DNA from: Felis catus
Taxonomy: Eukaryota
Assembly (NCBI RefSeq): GCF_018350175.1
Contig: NC_058368.1
Location: 152,770,001-152,834,000 of the forward strand
Length of the DNA: 64,000 bases
Direction of reading: 5' to 3'
Shown: positions 50,858 to 63,835 of the stretch, piece by piece
Layout of the letters: every line of letters starts with the position of its first letter
Position numbering within the stretch: the stretch's first letter is position 1
Notes under the pieces: model-generated
Database searches by the model: none
Told to the model about the DNA's origin: nothing
Seen by the model: only the letters and a program-made list of their open reading frames with translations
Translations under genes and position numbers: made by a program

Positions 50858-51350
50858 AGTGGTTCCCCAATATTTTTGCCTTAGGAACTTCTCATTCTCT
50901 TAAAATGTTAAGGAACTCACAGTGCTTTTGTTTGTGTGGGTTCTATTTACTAATATTTATTGTATTAGAAATTAAAAAGGAGAAATGTTAAAGATACTTC
51001 TTAATTAAGAATGAGAGCAATGAACTTACTACATGTGAACAAAAATAACATGTTTTATTTTTTTAAAAAAAGTATTTTCTAAAAGAAAAACCTTTGTACA
51101 AAGAATGGTATTACTTTCTTATTTTACAAATTCCTTTAATGTCTTGTTTCTTATGTCTGTGTCTGTATTCTGTCTACTGCAATATTATCAGTCATATGGC
51201 CTCCAGAAAATCCCACATACACTCAACAAAGAATGAGAATGATGTAGAGAAACGGCATCTTAGTATTACTACAAAAATAGTTTTGACCTCACAGACCCTC
51301 TTGAAGTGTGTCAGTTACTGTTAGGGGTCTGGTGACTACACTCTGAGCAT
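50858..51350. mobile_element. Probable hAT-Charlie (Charlie1-like) remnant
   Basis: Starts cagtggttcccc; cttttgtttgtgtgggtt..tatttattgtattagaaattaaaa; ends gactacactctgag. Confidence 0.55.
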
Positions 51351-54300
51351 TATTAGGGTAGAGAAATACTTGAAGGCATTTCAAAAGCAAATGATGATCA
51401 AAAACATGTTTTCTAATTCCACCTAGCTTTGGTGTATGTAATATGCTGGATGCAGAGTTTGCACCTTCACGGACAAGAGTTAACATAGAAGCCTCTGCAG
51501 GGTTTAGAGAATGTGGCACTGAAGGAATCAGTCAGAGGTTTAGATTTTGGAGACATCAATGCATTCAGGTAGTTGAACTCATAAAAGCTAGAATCTACTT
51601 AGGATACTGAGAAGAGTAGAGGATTTAGCACAAATATAGGAATCTGTTCTCGCAGTTTCTCTCTTAGGTGCCTGACTGCAGTTTTCTCATTCAGGCACTG
51701 TAATCTTTAGACCCTGTCTCCTTCAGTTACCTCACCTGCTGAGCAGGAATCAGCATTATTTATCTCTCATTTTTTTATGGATTATCTATCTCATTGTGCT
51801 TTGTTTCCCTGTGCCCTCTTCCCTCCTCGGTCCCATGTCCATGCTGCTTTCTCCCAGACCCTGGCCATCTGACATCTGGACCATTACATCATTGTCTGGC
51901 CTCTACCTTAGGCTCACTGTGCTGTCAGAGCCCTGTGTGTGTCTCTGTTCTGTGCATCCTCTTCGTAAATAACTTCTCTTGACTTGTCGTGACACCTCTC
52001 TGACGGGTCGTAGCTGTGACTTTCTTATCATTCACTCAGCAGTTGATTTACTAAATAAATTATGTATCTTTCACCGTGTATTTGTTTGTGTCTACTTGTC
52101 CTTTAATTTTGTTCCTTTATTAGTTTTGCTTTTCTTACACCTCAAGTTTTCAAGTGGACTAACAGTATCTACTTGAGTCACTTATTATAATTCAAAATAG
52201 TTTCCTAATGAATGTTTTTAAGGATGACAAGTGCTGCCTGAATGGGTTATTAATTGAAGTTATAGAATTCTCTTTAAAGATTTTTAAAGAAATAGAATAG
52301 GCACACTTTCTAAAAGAATTTATGAAAAATTCTGCCAGAGGCTTGTTAGGGGACCCATTGTGAGGTCTCTTTATTTCTTTTGTTTCTGTGACTTGAGGTT
52401 GTAGAAGTATGAAAAGATTGTAAGTAATTATTTAGAATGGCTTATTATAGATCCCCTGAAAGCTGAAATTATGCATTAAATAATATTCAAGGACTTTCTT
52501 ATTTTGAATATGTCAAATATTAGATTGGAGCCATGACTGTGAGGATTACATATTTATTCTGGTTAATGACTTGACAGAGATTATTGGGTGGTGACAGAAT
52601 TCTTTAAATGCAAGAGGAAGAATGGATATGACAGAGAAGGCAAGGACATATACACTTATCTTTCTTTCTTCCTTCTCTCTTTCATTATCTAATAGAGTTT
52701 TTAAAATGCCAGTTATGTGCCAGGCATAGTGGTAGGCCCTGAGGAAACAAGGACAAACAAAATGAGTTCTAGTCCCTGCTCTGAAGAAGTTTAACATACA
52801 ATAGGGAATGGGGGACATGATATATAATCACACACAAAAAGCTTCTAGGTACAAACATAACTGTTGTCCAAGGATACGGTGCTCTCATAACACAAAATAG
52901 AGAAGACTTGACCAGGTCTAAGGGATGTCCAGAAAGCTTCTTTAAGGAAGAGGCATTTAATTAATGCTGCTGGAAAGACACTGATCCCTCCCTTTCTCCT
53001 TAACTCCCCAATACTCTCAGCTTCACTATCACCTTTGAAAAACCATCATCTTTGGAAATCATTTGGATGAATTCATCATTCTCTTCATTCCTGCGGAGTG
53101 ACCATAAGAAGCCCGGGCCCCCTCTAGAGAAAGCGGCTGTCATCTCATCTGTGTGTCCTAGATCCCATGAGCCCTAATTTCCAGACCAGGGGCACAACTC
53201 TTCCCTCCCCCAACTTCCTACACCCTTCCACAGTGCCTTCCAGAACAGACCCAACTTTTCTCGTAATTTCCCTCACCTCTTTGCCCTGGAACCTCGCTCT
53301 AGCACTCAGCACTCAGTCCTGGGACTTCTCTATCTACACTCCTTAAATGATCTCAGCCAGTTGCCTTCCTTTGGAATACTCTTATTTGTTTGCTTGTGGT
53401 TTTGATAACTGGAAGGGAATTCTATAATCAGTACCAGTTAAAATTTTGTTCTCCAGAGGAGAGATTTAGGATTTTTTTTCTTTTAAATTCCCTGGCCCAC
53501 TTCTGTGATCTTGAACAGTACAAATGTCTATTTTCTGAGAAAACACTTTCTGCATACATACTCTACAGATTTGAGCCCCCTACGTTTCCTACTCTGAATG
53601 TCTGATTATCTTTTTGTTGCCTTCTCATATTTCTCAGATTGAGAGGAAATGAATAGAGTGTATCTCCAACGATTAAGATATATAATCAATCATTGATGCT
53701 CAGAGTACTTTAGTTTATGATTTGGTTGAGCCTGTAGAAACAATTATTGATTGAGCCCGTAGAATCATTTAAACTTGGGAGATGTTGAGATCTGTCTGAG
53801 AAATTTGCTCTTTACTGAATGTCCCCAGTTTAACAAAGCTTTGTGAAAAATATGTCATCATTGTTAACATACAAGTTTATTGATAACATTTTTCTTGATT
53901 TTTACCTTTTATACGACATTTATTAGACTGCAATAGCACTTAAATAATTACCATAAAGAAACATAATGAGTAATTCTTGATATTTAAGGATTTGGAATCT
54001 TCCATTGTAACCTTATAGGCTGAAATGTTCATGGTTTCTGGTTCTAGTGCTGTTTTAATACCCAACCCATCTTAGTTGATATCTTTATGTTCCCATGTGT
54101 TTCTTCAAGTACTAGAATTTGTGCATGTTTCTGGATGGTTTCTCAGTTTTAAGCCTGAAGATTGCTTAATGGTATATACAATGTAATAAGCTCCCTTTCT
54201 CTGAATTTCCCCTTATACAATGTACTAAGCCCCTTTACCCTCCATGTTTGCTAATATGTACCATTGCATTGAATCATTAAGAGCACATTTTCCTACTAAC

Positions 54301-54474
54301 ATTTCAAAAAGCATTGGCAGCAAGATCATAAATTTGTTCATATCCTTTGGCCTAATTACCACCTTTAAGAATTTATCAAATGAAAAAAATTAATAACTGT
54401 CTCTAATTCATCTTGAAAAGTTAAATAAAAATAATAAACATTCAATGTAGAGAAAATTTAGGCATTTTTTATTA

Positions 54475-54686
54475 AATAATTTTTTTTAACATTTATTCAT
54501 TTTTAAGAGACAGACACAGAGCATGAGTGGGGGAGGGGCATAGAGAGAGGGAGACACAGAAACTGAAGCAGGCTCCAGGCTCTGAGCTGTCAACACAGAG
54601 CCCAACGTGGGGCTCGAACCACGAAATGTGAAATCATGACCTGAGCTGAAGTTGGACGCTTAACCAACTAAGCCACCCAGTCACCC
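54475..54686 (-). mobile_element. Can-SINE (SINEC_Fc)
   Basis: Canonical body. Confidence 0.9.
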
Positions 54687-55021
54687 ATGAACATTTACAC
54701 ATATTTTAAAGATCAATCCTGTAGATTATATATGCATTAAAACTATAAATTTGAGTGCTTTGTAATAACACCTAAGAAATGCTGTATAAATTTAAGGTTA
54801 AGCTTTATAATTAAGAATTTTTTTGTAATTAGTCTGTGTACTCATGGTTCATCATGAATTCATATGGATAGTAGCTGGAAAGGAAAATACAAAAATGAAG
54901 CATTTAGTGATGGGATTATACATCTTTTTCACTTTTAAAAATATCCTCCCATATTACCCAGCACATAAATACTGATGAATGCAGAGAGTCCACAATGCAT
55001 TTGGGTTTCACTCTCCAGTGA

Positions 55022-55235
55022 TTTTTTTTCTGTTTTAATGTTTATTTATTTATTTTGAGAGAGAGAGCTGAGGAGGGGCAGAGAGAGAGAGAAAGGGAGA
55101 GAGAGAGAATCCCAAGCAGGCTTCATGCTGTTAGCACAAAGCTTGACATGGGTCTCAAACTCACAAACCGTGAGATCATGACCTGAGCCGAGGTCAGGAG
55201 TCAGATGCTTAACCAACTGAGCCACCCAGTTGCCC
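55022..55235 (-). mobile_element. Can-SINE
   Basis: TSD-like tccagtgattt; canonical body. Confidence 0.9.
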
Positions 55236-55488
55236 TATCCAGTGATTTCTTAAGTGGAAATAGGTTTATTGTTAGGCTGGTTTGATCATTCCACAGCATT
55301 TAAAAAATTACTATTTACATTCATTTCAAATAATATTTTGATTTTCAGAAATCAGATCATATTTAGTTAATTCAGACACCAAAGTGGAACTTTGAGAGTT
55401 GAAAAGATTTTGTTTTGGTCCTACAATAGGGAGCATGTGAGATAACATTCACATTTTACTATAGTTGCCTTTTCTTTCCTTTCCACAG

Positions 55489-55711
55489 TCCACATACTTC
55501 TTATTGGCCAAGCTATGTCTGCACTTTACTGCTGGAATTCAGAGCTGAATCAATTCTCTTTTATTCTGGAAGCACCTTCTGCTCATGATGCAGCTTCTGT
55601 TACAGTAAAGTCCCTTAATTCAAGCAAGAATTTAATTGCTCTAGTGGGAACCAAGCACTCACACATATATGAGCTGGCCTACATCTCCAGCCAGTCTGAC
55701 TTTATTCCTAG
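55489..55711 (+). CDS. ADGRV1: ADGRV1 exon (~51), EAR repeat, VHILLIGQAM...SDFIP
   Basis: ccacag acceptor, TAG|gtacgt donor, 223 nt, phase 1->2. Confidence 0.94.
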
Positions 55712-56040
55712 GTACGTTCACCATTTTATACGGAACCTCTTTATGCTTACCATAGTTTTTATAGGGCACCTAATTTCTAAGTGTTTATTTAATGACTGAA
55801 AAAATATAAAATATAAGGTTAATTTATAATCTAGAAATTTGGTTATGTTCCATATTACTTATATATATTCTATCTAGCTAATCAGTATTTTAAACATTTT
55901 GGATTAAAATTTTATTTATGAAATGTGATTTTTCCAAATGATTAGTATTAATTAGTGTTCTGAGAATTTTATATATAATCTACTATGTATATGCCTGAGA
56001 TTTGTTTCAGCTGTCTTATTTGATGTGCTTCTTATGCTAG

Positions 56041-56245
56041 TTCAGGTGAACTGATATTTGAACCTGGTGACAGAGAAGCTGTAATAGTGGTAAATGTCCT
56101 TGATGATACAGTTCCAGAAGAAGAAGAATTCTTCAGAGTTGAGCTTAAAAATCCCAAAGGAGGAGCAGAGATTGGTATTAATGGTTATGTAAAAATAACT
56201 ATTCTGTCTAATGATGATGCCTATGGAGTCGTTGGATTTGCTCAG
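56041..56245 (+). CDS. ADGRV1: ADGRV1 exon (~52), Calx-beta, SSGELIFEPG...VVGFAQ
   Basis: tgctag acceptor, CAG|gtatag donor, 205 nt, phase 2->0. Confidence 0.94.
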
Positions 56246-56845
56246 GTATAGATCCCACACTTAAAAGTCAAAATGATTTATTCATTGTATTTATATGTTA
56301 GATGTTGTCAGCACTCAGTCCTCCTTTGAGTATCTTAAGCCTCTCTTCCTTCTCTTTCCCTGTTTCACCCTGACTGTGCATTTTAAGGTGTACTTAACTG
56401 ATGTCTTATAATTTATAGTCCTACACGCTGAACCTTCTGAATCATCTTGTCCTAAACTTTTTTTTTTTTTTTGTGCTGATTACTCTTATAGGATTCAATT
56501 TGAAATGTTCCCAGTTGGCCTTAGTCCTGGAGTTTGGCTCTGCTATTAGCCTTATCTCTAGAGGGTAATGATGAAACAAGTCCCAAATAGACTATATACT
56601 GTGTCTCATCACACACATCACCTACAAATATATTACTGTCTAATGTATATTGAGAGAGAGAGAGAGATTTATAACTGTACTTGCATTGTACACATGGAGG
56701 TGCTTTCCCCTGAAGAAAGAGAACTATTCAGATATTCTCAGGTTGACTTCCATCTCAGAGTTCATATTCCTTTATTCATGAGCAAAAGGACACCCTTTTA
56801 TATTGCACCATTTAGCCCTGTGTGCAAACTCTATCCTGATTTCTT

Positions 56846-58016
56846 TTTTTTTAATATGAAATTTATTGTTAAATTGTTTTCCATACATCACCCAGTGCTC
56901 ATCCCATCAGGTGCCCTCCTAAATGCCCACCACCCACTTTCCCTCCCTCCCACCCCCATCAGCCCTCAGTTTATTCTCAGTTTTTAAGAGTCTCTCATGG
57001 TTTGGCTCCCTCCCTCTCTAACTTTTTTTTTCCTTCCCTTCCCCCATGGTCAAGTTTCTCAGGATCCACATAAGAGTGAAAACATATGGTATCTGTCTTT
57101 CTCTGCCTGCCTTATTTCACTTAGCATAACACTCTCCAGCTCTATCCACGTTTCTACAAAAGGCCACATTTCATTCTTTCTCATTGCCAAGTAGTATTTC
57201 ATTGTGTATATAAGCCACAATTTGTTTATCCATTCATCAGTTGATGGACATTTAGGCTTTTTCCACAATTTGGCTATTGTTGAGAGTGCTGCTGTAAACA
57301 TGGGGGTACAAGTGCCCCTATGCATCAGCACTCCTGTATCCCTTGGGTAAATTCCTAGGAGTGCTATTGCTGGATCATAGGGTAGATCTATTTTTAATTT
57401 TTTGAGGAAGCTCCACACTGTTTTACAGAGCGGCTGCACCAGTTTGCATTCCCACCAACAGTGCAAGAGGGTTCCCATTTCTCCACATCCTCGCCAGCAT
57501 CTGTAGTCTCCTGATTTGTTCATTTTAGTCACTCTGAGTGGCGTGAGGTGATATCTGAGTGTGGTTTTGATTTGTATTTCCCTGATGAGGAGCGACATTG
57601 AGCATCTTTTCAAGTGCCTGTTGGCCATCTAGATGTCTTCTTTGGAAAAGTATCTATTCATGTCTTCTGCCCATTTCTTCACTGGATTATTTGTTTTTCG
57701 GGTGTGGAGTTTGGTGAGTTCTTTATAGATTTTGGATACTAGCCCTTTGTCCGATATGTCATTTGCAAATATCTTTTCCCATTCTGTCAGTTGCCTTTTA
57801 GTTTTGTTGATTGTTTCCTTTGCTGCGCAGAAGCTTTTTATCTTCAAGAGGTCCCAATAGTTCATTTTTGCTTTTAATTCCCTTGCCTTTGGAGATGTGT
57901 CAAGTAAGAAATTGCTGTGGCTGAGGTCAGAGAGGTTTTTTCCTGCTTTCTCCTCTAGGGTTTTGATGGTTTCCTGTCTCACATTCAGGTCCTTTATCCA
58001 TTTTGAGTTTATTTTT
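56846..58016 (-). mobile_element. 5'-truncated L1_Fc (~1.2 kb)
   Basis: ORF2 C-terminus in two ORFs separated by one TAG at 57629-57631; TSD tatcct(g/t)atttctt (56832-56845 / 58017-58030). Confidence 0.93.
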
Positions 58017-58389
58017 TATCCTTATTTCTTAACTAGAGTTATAGCTGCAACTATCATGTATCGTTCTCTGAAATCTTCTGCAAGTAAGGAAAACCCAGCT
58101 CAAATTGTCTTAAACACCAAGAACATGTCCACAGAGAAGATAAGCTTCAGAGTTGGGTGGATACTGTGTCAACATGGCTCAGATCCTTTCCATCTCTCCA
58201 CTTTGCCAGCATAAAGCTGGTTCTTCATCTGGTTGTTTGAAAGCTGATGTTACTGTTAGGTCTCCTGCTTTCTTGTTCATGTCCAGTTGGGGAGAGAGAG
58301 AAATGTGGCTCTTGGAGTAAGGAAGAGATTTCCCAAAAGCTTCTGGAAAACTCTTCTCATCTCTCATTGAACTAACAAGGCCACTTATG

Positions 58390-58870
58390 CAACTGTTCAT
58401 TAATTTATTTATTTGTGTAGCAGTTTTTTTAAACAAACACCTGTGTACCAGATGCTCTTTCAGGTGCTAGAGATATATCAAAAAGTAAAATAGTAAAACT
58501 CTTTATCCTCATTGTTCTTAAATTGTAGATGAGGCAAAGGGAGACAGTGGACAAGAGACATCTGTACTGTATCTGATGGTAGTATGTGCCATGGAAGAAC
58601 GTTAGGTAGGAAGGACAGATGGAGATTTTGAGGGAGGGGGTGGGGATTGTGTGCAGAGAAGTAAAACAGAGGCTATCAGGGAGGGTGGCATTGAGGAAGT
58701 GATATGAGGACGAAGGTGTGTAGGAGATGGGGGAAGAACATTCGAGGCAGGGGGAACCAGCAGCAACAGCCGAAGCCCTGAAATAAGCCTTGCCTATCTG
58801 GTGTAGCAAGGAGGCCACTGTGGCCGAAGTCAGTCAGGTAGAGATGAGGCCAAAGAAATTGAAGGGCCTT
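58390..58870 (-). mobile_element. L2 3' fragment
   Basis: ttcattaatttattt..cacctgtgtaccagatgctc..ggtgctagagata. Confidence 0.55.
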
Positions 58871-59420
58871 GTTTCAGGCATCCCCAGCAGCACCCACAGT
58901 TTTGATGACTTACTAGGAGGACTCAAAGGACTCAGGGTTCTGTCATTCTCATACTGTGATTTATTACAGTGATGGGGATACAAAACAAAGTCATAAGGGA
59001 AAAGGCTTATGGAGTGAAGTGCAGAGGAAACTGGGTGCAAGCTTCCAAGAGCTCTCCCCAGGGGAATCACACAGGACACACTTAATTCCCCCAGCATTGA
59101 GGTGAATGCTGACAGTATATGAGATGTGTTTACCAACCGGGGAAGCTCACTAGAGACTCCATGCCTGGGGTTTTCCCTGGGAACTGTTCATGTAGGCCCT
59201 CTCAGCCTGGCACATGTCACAATTCCAGACTCCCAGAGTGAAAACAGGTGTTCAGTAAAAACTACATTGTGTGTATAGCACAGGCACGGACAGCCACTAT
59301 GAGTTCCAGGAATGGCGAGAATCCTCTTGAAATCCAGCTACCTAGACACCAGGCAAGGGCCAACCTCTGAGCAGCCTTTGAAGGATAGCAGGGAGGCTAC
59401 TGTGTGAACTTACTCCTGCA
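58870..59420. mobile_element. MER21-like ERVL LTR
   Basis: tgacttactaggaggactcaaaggactcag..gtgatttattacagtga..ggaagctcactagag resemble recalled MER21. Confidence 0.6.
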
Positions 59421-59508
59421 TAAGCCGCTGATTACCATCATGAAGTTAGCCACTGAGGGAATGGGTTGAAGTGGGAGAGCAACATGACCTGGCTCACATA
59501 ACCATTTT

Positions 59509-59727
59509 GGAGGTGCCTGGGTGGTTCAGTGGGTTGAGCCTCCAACTTCAGCTTAGGTCATGATCTCATTGTGTGTTTGGGCCCTGTGTCAGGCTCTGTG
59601 CTGACAGCTCAGAGCCTGGAGCATGCTTCGGCTTCTATGTCTGTCTCTCTGTCTGCCTCCCCCCTGCTCACGCACTGTCTCTCTCAAAAATAAATAAACA
59701 TTAAAATTTTTTTTTAAATAAAATAAA
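59509..59727 (+). mobile_element. Can-SINE (SINEC_Fc)
   Basis: ggtgcctgggtggttcag head, aaaataaataaacattaa tail. Confidence 0.9.
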
Positions 59728-60009
59728 TGAACTACTCTGGCCATAGAATTGACACTAGATTGTAAGTGGGTAAGGACAGAAATTGATAGGAAACTAGTGC
59801 AGTAATTTAGCAATAAACCACAGAATTACAGGAAGCAGGAATTTTCCTTTCAGTGAGAGATATACAACTTATTAAGAGCAGGTTTGAGAGCTGAGATGAG
59901 GAGTTTTGGATGTGCTAATGTCCTGAATGAGTCCTTGCAGGTGTTGTAGGATCACCATGTTCCTCATTCTGGCCCATCTCTGCAGATACAGGCAGGTCAG
60001 CTTTTCCTG

Positions 60010-60292
60010 AAGCACTTCTGCCCAGAAGAATTATAATGTGAGCCATATATATAATTTTAGTTTTTTAGCTCCAGAAAAAAAAAATAGAAATAGGTGAAAA
60101 TATTTTTAGTATTTTATTTTATTTAGCCTGATATATTAACCAACATAAAATGGCTGATGAAATACTCTATACTCTTTTTTTCATACTTTGTCTTCAAACC
60201 TCCAGTGCATTTTGCACTTATAGACCAGTCACGTTACAGGTGCTCAGTAGCCACCTGTGGCCACTGGCCACTGTGTAGGACAGTACAGCTCT
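60010..60292. mobile_element. MER3/MER33-like hAT-Charlie remnant
   Basis: ataatgtgagccatatatataatttt..gtgctcagtagccacctgtggc..ggacag. Confidence 0.6.
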
Positions 60293-60821
60293 AAGGCGTG
60301 AATTGTGGTGGAGAAGATTAGAAAGAAAGAAGACTACCTTCCCCACCAGGTGGAAACATGACTTGTTTCCTTACTTTCTTCCAGTTTCTGTTGAAATAAC
60401 AACTTACCAGAAAGGCCTTCCCTGATTGAAAATTGTTAATTCCCCACCATCATTCTGTACCTTTTTTATCCTGCCTTAGTCTTCTTTATGGAATTTATAG
60501 TGGCCTAATTTGTCTACTGTCAAGTTTCTTTTTCTAGAATGCAAGGCTACAAGAACTGAGATACTGTTTTGTTCACAGCTTTATGCCAGAAAAATGCCTG
60601 GTACACAGGAAGTGTTTGGTATGAATCTTTCATAATGCAGGGGAGGGGACAGAACACTCCCATGGCTTTCTCGGGCCATAGATTTTGACAGGGCAGAGCT
60701 GGAGACCTTGGAGCAAGAACCAACATGCTCTGCTGTGTGGTCTCATCCTCTTGTCGTTAAACCTTGCTGCGCATGGAGAGCACATTCTATTCCTTAACTG
60801 TTTAAGCATGGTAGATTTCCT

Positions 60822-61028
60822 CTTTTTTTTTAAATTTTTATTTATTTTTGGGAGAGAGAAAGAGCATGAGTGGGAAGGGGCAGAGAGAGGGAGACACAGA
60901 ATCCGAAGCAGGTTCCAGACTCCAAGCTGTTAGCACAGAGCCTGACACAGGGCTCGAACCCATGAACCGCAAGATCGTGACCTGAACTGAAGTCAGATGC
61001 TTAACCGACTGAGGTACCCAGGTGCCCC
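60822..61028 (-). mobile_element. Can-SINE (SINEC_Fc)
   Basis: Canonical body; near-TSD agatttc(c)tctt. Confidence 0.9.
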
Positions 61029-61329
61029 AGATTTCTCTTTATGAAGCTTACTCCAGAATTATCGTAGAAACATCAAAGTACTGTGGTTTAATCTTTCCCA
61101 GTAGATAATATCCTGGGTTCTTTCAGTCCATTCACTAGAATTTCTCAGTACAGGCCTCTTGTGTCTGGACAAGCTTGTTGTAAGATAAGATTTAGTTGTC
61201 AGAGAGTTTCTGCATAATTTTCTGGCTGTATTAAATCCTTGTTTTACTAACCCTTATTGGTAGAGGGCATGGAGCCTGAGAGGCTTCTCTTTGAAAGGCA
61301 TTGTATTTTATGTACAAATTATATACATA

Positions 61330-61444
61330 TTTTATTTTTTTTAAAGATTTTATTTTTAAGTAATCTCTACACCCATCATGGGGCTCGAATTTACAACCCT
61401 GAGATTTAGTTGCGTATTCTACTGACTGATCCAGCCAGGCACCC
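61330..61444 (-). mobile_element. Short Can-SINE
   Basis: aaagattttatttttaagtaatctctacaccc; near-TSD atat(a/g)catattt. Confidence 0.82.
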
Positions 61445-61914
61445 ATATGCATATTTTAAAATCAAGATATTTTCTGTAGGAATGTTTGAATGCTTTGAGC
61501 AAGATTTTATTACTATGTAACATTTGTAACAATATGTTAAAAATGCAGTGTAAAACACTGCCAAAGGAAAGGCTATCTACTCAAATTAGCCTTCTAAATA
61601 GAAGCTTTAAGAAATTCATGGAGGAATTTATTTTCAGATTACCATAGTAAAAAGACAAAAAAAGAAAACTATTACTGGGAAGATTGTTAAAAATCTTTAT
61701 ACTCCATATTCTTCCTTTATTGCTTATAGATAAACTAGGGGTGTTGTAAGAAGGGATTCTTTTAAATATTGATTTTGAGGAAAAGCTCATTCAGCAGCTG
61801 GCAAGAGATGCTGCAAGTGTTGGAGGAGGAGTTCCAGTCACACTAAGGTAGAAATCAGTCTGGGATGAAGGAAAGATACCAAGAAGCTTAGGTGAGAAGA
61901 GAGTGTGAGATTCT

Positions 61915-62135
61915 TTTTTTTTTTTAATTTTTTTTTCAACGTTTATTTATTTTTGGGACAGAGACAGAGCATGAACGGGGGAGGGGCAGAGAGAGAGGGA
62001 GACACAGAATCGGAAACAGGCTCCAGGCTCTGAGCCATCAGCCCAGAGCCCGACGCGGGGCTCGAACTCACGGACCGCGAGATCGTGACCTGGCTGAAGT
62101 CGGACGCTTAACCGACTGCGCCACCCAGGCGCCCC
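61915..62135 (-). mobile_element. Young Can-SINE (SINEC_Fc)
   Basis: Perfect TSD gagagtgtgagattct (61899-61914 / 62136-62151); nearly identical to 40773-40994. Confidence 0.95.
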
Positions 62136-62858
62136 GAGAGTGTGAGATTCTAATACCAGAGAAGGGGCTATTTCTGGCAGGAAAAATAGTTGTAAAGACT
62201 AGGGACTAAGGATGAAACATCATCAGTGGAAACAGCACAGGCTGTAGAGTATATGAATTCAGGGATAATCACATTTCAGAGTGTATGAATTCAAGGATAA
62301 AAGACGTTTGTAAGTGAACAGGAAGAATGCCCTGATTCTCACTGGTGTTTCTACATTTGGGTGGGACCTTAAAGTCCACGTAGATCAAAAACTTATTTTA
62401 CAAGAAGGAAACAAGACCTAGAGGGATTGCCAGAAGTTGCACAGGGGGAGAAGATTTCCTTCATCTCCTGACTCTATGTCCATTCATTTCTACAAACTTT
62501 ATATACTATGTATAATACTGTCAAAAAGTACATGCTCTCTGGATATGAATATAACATATGTTTGTTGAATAAATTTGAAAATTACAGAAGACAAAGTAAA
62601 AAATAATCGTCTAAAAATTAACATTTTAGTTTACTTTAACTTAGCCTTTTACCTATTCACACATGTATATTTTTGAAATAAAATCATGGCTATCTTATAC
62701 TGCTGTTTTTTTTAGCTATTGTTTTTCACTTATATCGCGTTTTTGTGTTACCCAATATTGCTTAGTACTATGAAGTTTGCACATGCATAACAGCACGAAA
62801 TAAAAGTGTACTTAGGTAATGTCCATTAATCCCTTGTGACTTCCTGTGTGTTTTTCAG

Positions 62859-63005
62859 AATTCATTATATAAGCAAGTGGAAGAAATGGAGCAAGATAGC
62901 TTAGTAACCTTGAATGTTGAGCGCTTAAAAGGAACATATGGTCGTATAACCACAGCATGGGAAGCTGACGGAAGTATTAGTGATGTATTTCCTACCTCAG
63001 GAGTG
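62859..63005 (+). CDS. ADGRV1: ADGRV1 exon (~53), NSLYKQVEEM...FPTSGV
   Basis: tttcag acceptor, GTG|gtacgt donor, 147 nt, phase 0->0. Confidence 0.94.
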
Positions 63006-63624
63006 GTACGTAATTTACAAAATTATAGGAGAGTCACTTCTAAATTATGGTTACTGTTGATGCCTGCCTTATGGATGAAGTGTTTGAGTTTGACCATGTC
63101 AGCCCTGGATTCCTACTAATCACTGTAGAGAGGGATACAATTTAAGATTAGTTTTATTGTGATTTTTGTTAGTTTTTTTCTTTAATACCAAAATTATCTA
63201 TACAAAAGTCATCCCTTTTTAGGTTCAGTACATCAGTTGGCCAGATTGTGGATGTGTTACACTGTCAGAAAGATAAAACTAATTACACTGGAGATGGAAA
63301 TGTTTCAAGATTTGTATAAAATGGAAGCAGTAAATAGGGAATGAATCTATGCAAGATAGTCAGGCGTATGAAAAAGTAGATCAGAATTGCTGAGTGAGAG
63401 TTTTAGTGCCTTAAAAATGTTTTGGCAAATTTAATTGCATTGAGTATTTACTTTTATGGAAGTTACCAAAACTATAAGTTGTATCTATCAGGTTATGTGT
63501 GTTCTGAATTATATTTCACCAATTAATATTTCTTAACATAAACATGATTAAAATGATTTCTAATTTAAATGTATAATAGTATCTTAAGTGTAGACTATAT
63601 TTGGAAGAATTAATTATTTTATTC

Positions 63625-63835
63625 AAGAGCCAATAAACTTTTCCTGTAAAGGGCCAGATGGTAAATATTTTAGACTTATGGGCTGTTATGGTCTCTTTCT
63701 CAGATTCTCAACTTTGCCTTTGTAGCATAATAGCAATGTTAGATGATATATAATCAAGTGAACTTTGCTGTATGCCAGTGAAACTTAATTTAAAAAATGG
63801 ATTTCACCAAAGGGTAGTAGTGCTCTGACCCCTGA
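63625..63835. mobile_element. MER58-like hAT-Charlie remnant
   Basis: aaacttttcctgtaaagggccagatggtaaatatttt...ctgacccctg. Confidence 0.7.

Larger units (their letters stand above)
142..63005 (+). other. ADGRV1: ADGRV1 (VLGR1/GPR98) gene, internal portion: 26 coding exons; gene extends beyond both window ends
   Basis: Spliced translation gives repeated Calx-beta motifs (ILDDDEPE..E.F, A.DD..G.F) followed by EAR-type repeats, matching the recalled human ADGRV1 ectodomain. GT-AG boundaries are phase-compatible except at 41356/44241. Confidence 0.98.

Noticed and set aside
57059..57982. L1 ORF2 ORFs as a possible active or domesticated gene
   Set aside because: 5'-truncated 1.2-kb copy with an internal TAG and no endonuclease or RT core.
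1065..61790. Many 60-140 aa ORFs outside the exons
   Set aside because: They translate SINEs, microsatellites, L1 antisense strands or exon antisense frames, with no recognisable protein and no splice support.
11033..62135. tRNA-like A/B boxes in SINE heads as tRNA genes
   Set aside because: They are tRNA-derived Can-SINE heads followed by CT repeats, A tails and TSDs.
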